37,515 bases of DNA from Bradymonadia bacterium (GTDB lineage: Bacteria > Myxococcota_A > Bradymonadia > UBA7976 > UBA1532). The notes below the pieces were generated by a model that did no database searches, was not told the origin of the DNA, and saw only the letters and a list, made by a program, of their open reading frames with translations. Both the position numbers and the translations under genes were made by a program. Each line of letters opens with the position of its first letter. Within the stretch, counting starts at the first letter, position 1. The stretch spans positions 1 to 37,515 of the forward strand of contig JBKAGE010000015.1 in the NCBI GenBank assembly GCA_046290225.1, in the 5' to 3' direction. Shown one piece after another: positions 36,571 to 37,515 of this stretch.

Positions 36571-37059
36571 CTACTCTGGCCCCATCCCTGCGGCGATGAG
36601 CCGCTCTCTCAACCCTGCCAGCCCCTCGCTGAGGACCTCCATGTCCTCAGTGGAGACCCCACCGAAAGCCTCACTCAGAAACTGCTTGGACACCTCGACC
36701 AAACGGGGCCGCGTCTCGTGAGCCTGCTCGGTGAGATGAATCAACCAGGTACGTTTGTCTTCAGGGTGCTGCTCTCGCCGAATCCAGCCATGTGACATGA
36801 GCGCTTTGACCAGCCGGCTGACAGTGGCCCCGGATAAACTGAGCGCCCGGGCGATGTCTCGGGCGCTCATGGGGCGCTCTGCTTTGTAGAGAACCACCAA
36901 CACATTCGCCTGAGAAGATGTGAGATTCTCGAGCCCTGCCATACGAAACAATACGGATACCCGCCCCTCGATGAGTTCACGAATCCGCTGAATATCCAGC
37001 CAGATGGCAGTCTGGGTATTGCGTTGCCTCTCGAGATCATGTTCCGATATGGGACGCAT
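36571..37059 (-). CDS. MarR-family transcriptional regulator
   Basis: LTSSQANVL, ARDIARALSLSGATVSRLVKAL, GWIRREQHPEDKR, IHLT. Start set at ATG 37059. Confidence 0.93.
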   Translation of the reverse strand: MRPISEHDLERQRNTQTAIWLDIQRIRELIEGRVSVLFRMAGLENLTSSQANVLVVLYKAERPMSARDIARALSLSGATVSRLVKALMSHGWIRREQHPEDKRTWLIHLTEQAHETRPRLVEVSKQFLSEAFGGVSTEDMEVLSEGLAGLRERLIAAGMGPE

Positions 37060-37073
37060 GCGATTTTTCCGCC

Positions 37074-37102
37074 TTGACAATCCTTGGCGACTCGCCAAGA
37101 TT
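37074..37102 (+). promoter_or_regulatory. putative promoter divergent from marR
   Basis: TTGACA (37074-37079), 17-nt spacer, AAGATT (weak -10). The spacer carries the inverted repeat CTTGGCGA-C-TCGCCAAG (37083-37099). Confidence 0.45.
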
Positions 37103-37109
37103 GGGAATC

Positions 37110-37123
37110 GTTAGCTTGCTAAC
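37110..37123. promoter_or_regulatory. putative MarR operator palindrome
   Basis: GTTAGC-TT-GCTAAC, 50 bp upstream of the marR start. GTTAG-N4-CTAAC dyads are a common MarR-type operator form. Confidence 0.6.
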
Positions 37124-37515
37124 CATCGACCCCATACGATGGTCGTCAGGCAAACAATCAACGAGTCTTCAAATTTTGAGGCTCGTATCGAATATCTACT
37201 CACCATCCGCAGTTTGCAATGGTGAGTCCGTCACCTTCCCCCGGTGACGCAGCGACCCCTCGGGGGGTCTGGCCGATCGCTTTACGAGCCACACCCAGTC
37301 CGGCTCGTATCCTCCCCTCCCCCTCAGCCCAAAGATCAGCCAGATCCCCCGAATTTTTTGCTCCGCCGCTACGGCGGCGTCAGCCGCCGTGAGGCCCACG
37401 ATCCTCCGCACAGACATCACGAAAAGCCAGTCGCCGTAGCCGCTGGCTCTGATCGTCCTACACATCTTTTGGTGTAGTGGTGGATTGGTTAGCGGCGAGC
37501 CAGCCCAGCTCGAAC

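Noticed and set aside
37196..37515. ORFs 37196-37465 (-) and 37244-37477 (+), and a possible gene 3' end entering from the right edge
   Set aside because: No motifs or RBS, and too little sequence to support a call.

Overview
A GC-rich chromosomal window from a Gram-negative bacterium, probably of the deltaproteobacterial/Myxococcota type (inferred from the 16S 5' end, the gene order and the Cys-rich lipoproteins). It opens inside the 5' end of a minus-strand 16S rRNA gene with its leader, boxA and sigma70 promoter. About 600 bp of heavily self-complementary, apparently non-coding DNA follows (about 596-1190). Next is a plus-strand cluster: parvulin/PrsA-like lipoprotein, MotA/PomA, two MotB/PomB paralogues, a membrane protein and a lipoprotein. 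A long minus-strand housekeeping run comes after it: mlaE-mlaD, yceD-rpmF-plsX-acpP-fabF-rpiB-nrdR-ribD-ribE-ribB(X)-ribH-nusB and a lepB-like gene. Then come trkA-trkH, a minus-strand envelope cluster (DUF3160 lipoprotein, SBBP-repeat protein, large alpha/beta-hydrolase lipoprotein, outer-membrane beta-barrel, two small proteins), ileS and a MarR regulator. I found no CRISPR array, transposase, integrase, RT or phage gene. Four observations stand out. (1) A candidate large structured ncRNA or invertible cassette is bounded by a perfect 14-bp inverted repeat that creates symmetric 74-codon ORFs on both strands. (2) A locally orphan stator operon has one MotA and two MotBs sharing a 76/77-bp identical TM segment, and only one MotB keeps peptidoglycan-binding motifs. 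(3) Several proteins look like pseudo-enzymes: the SPase I homologue, PlsX and the RibA domain. (4) A beta-barrel gene is tightly coupled to a lipase-like lipoprotein gene. All family calls come from motif recognition by eye; no database searches were run.
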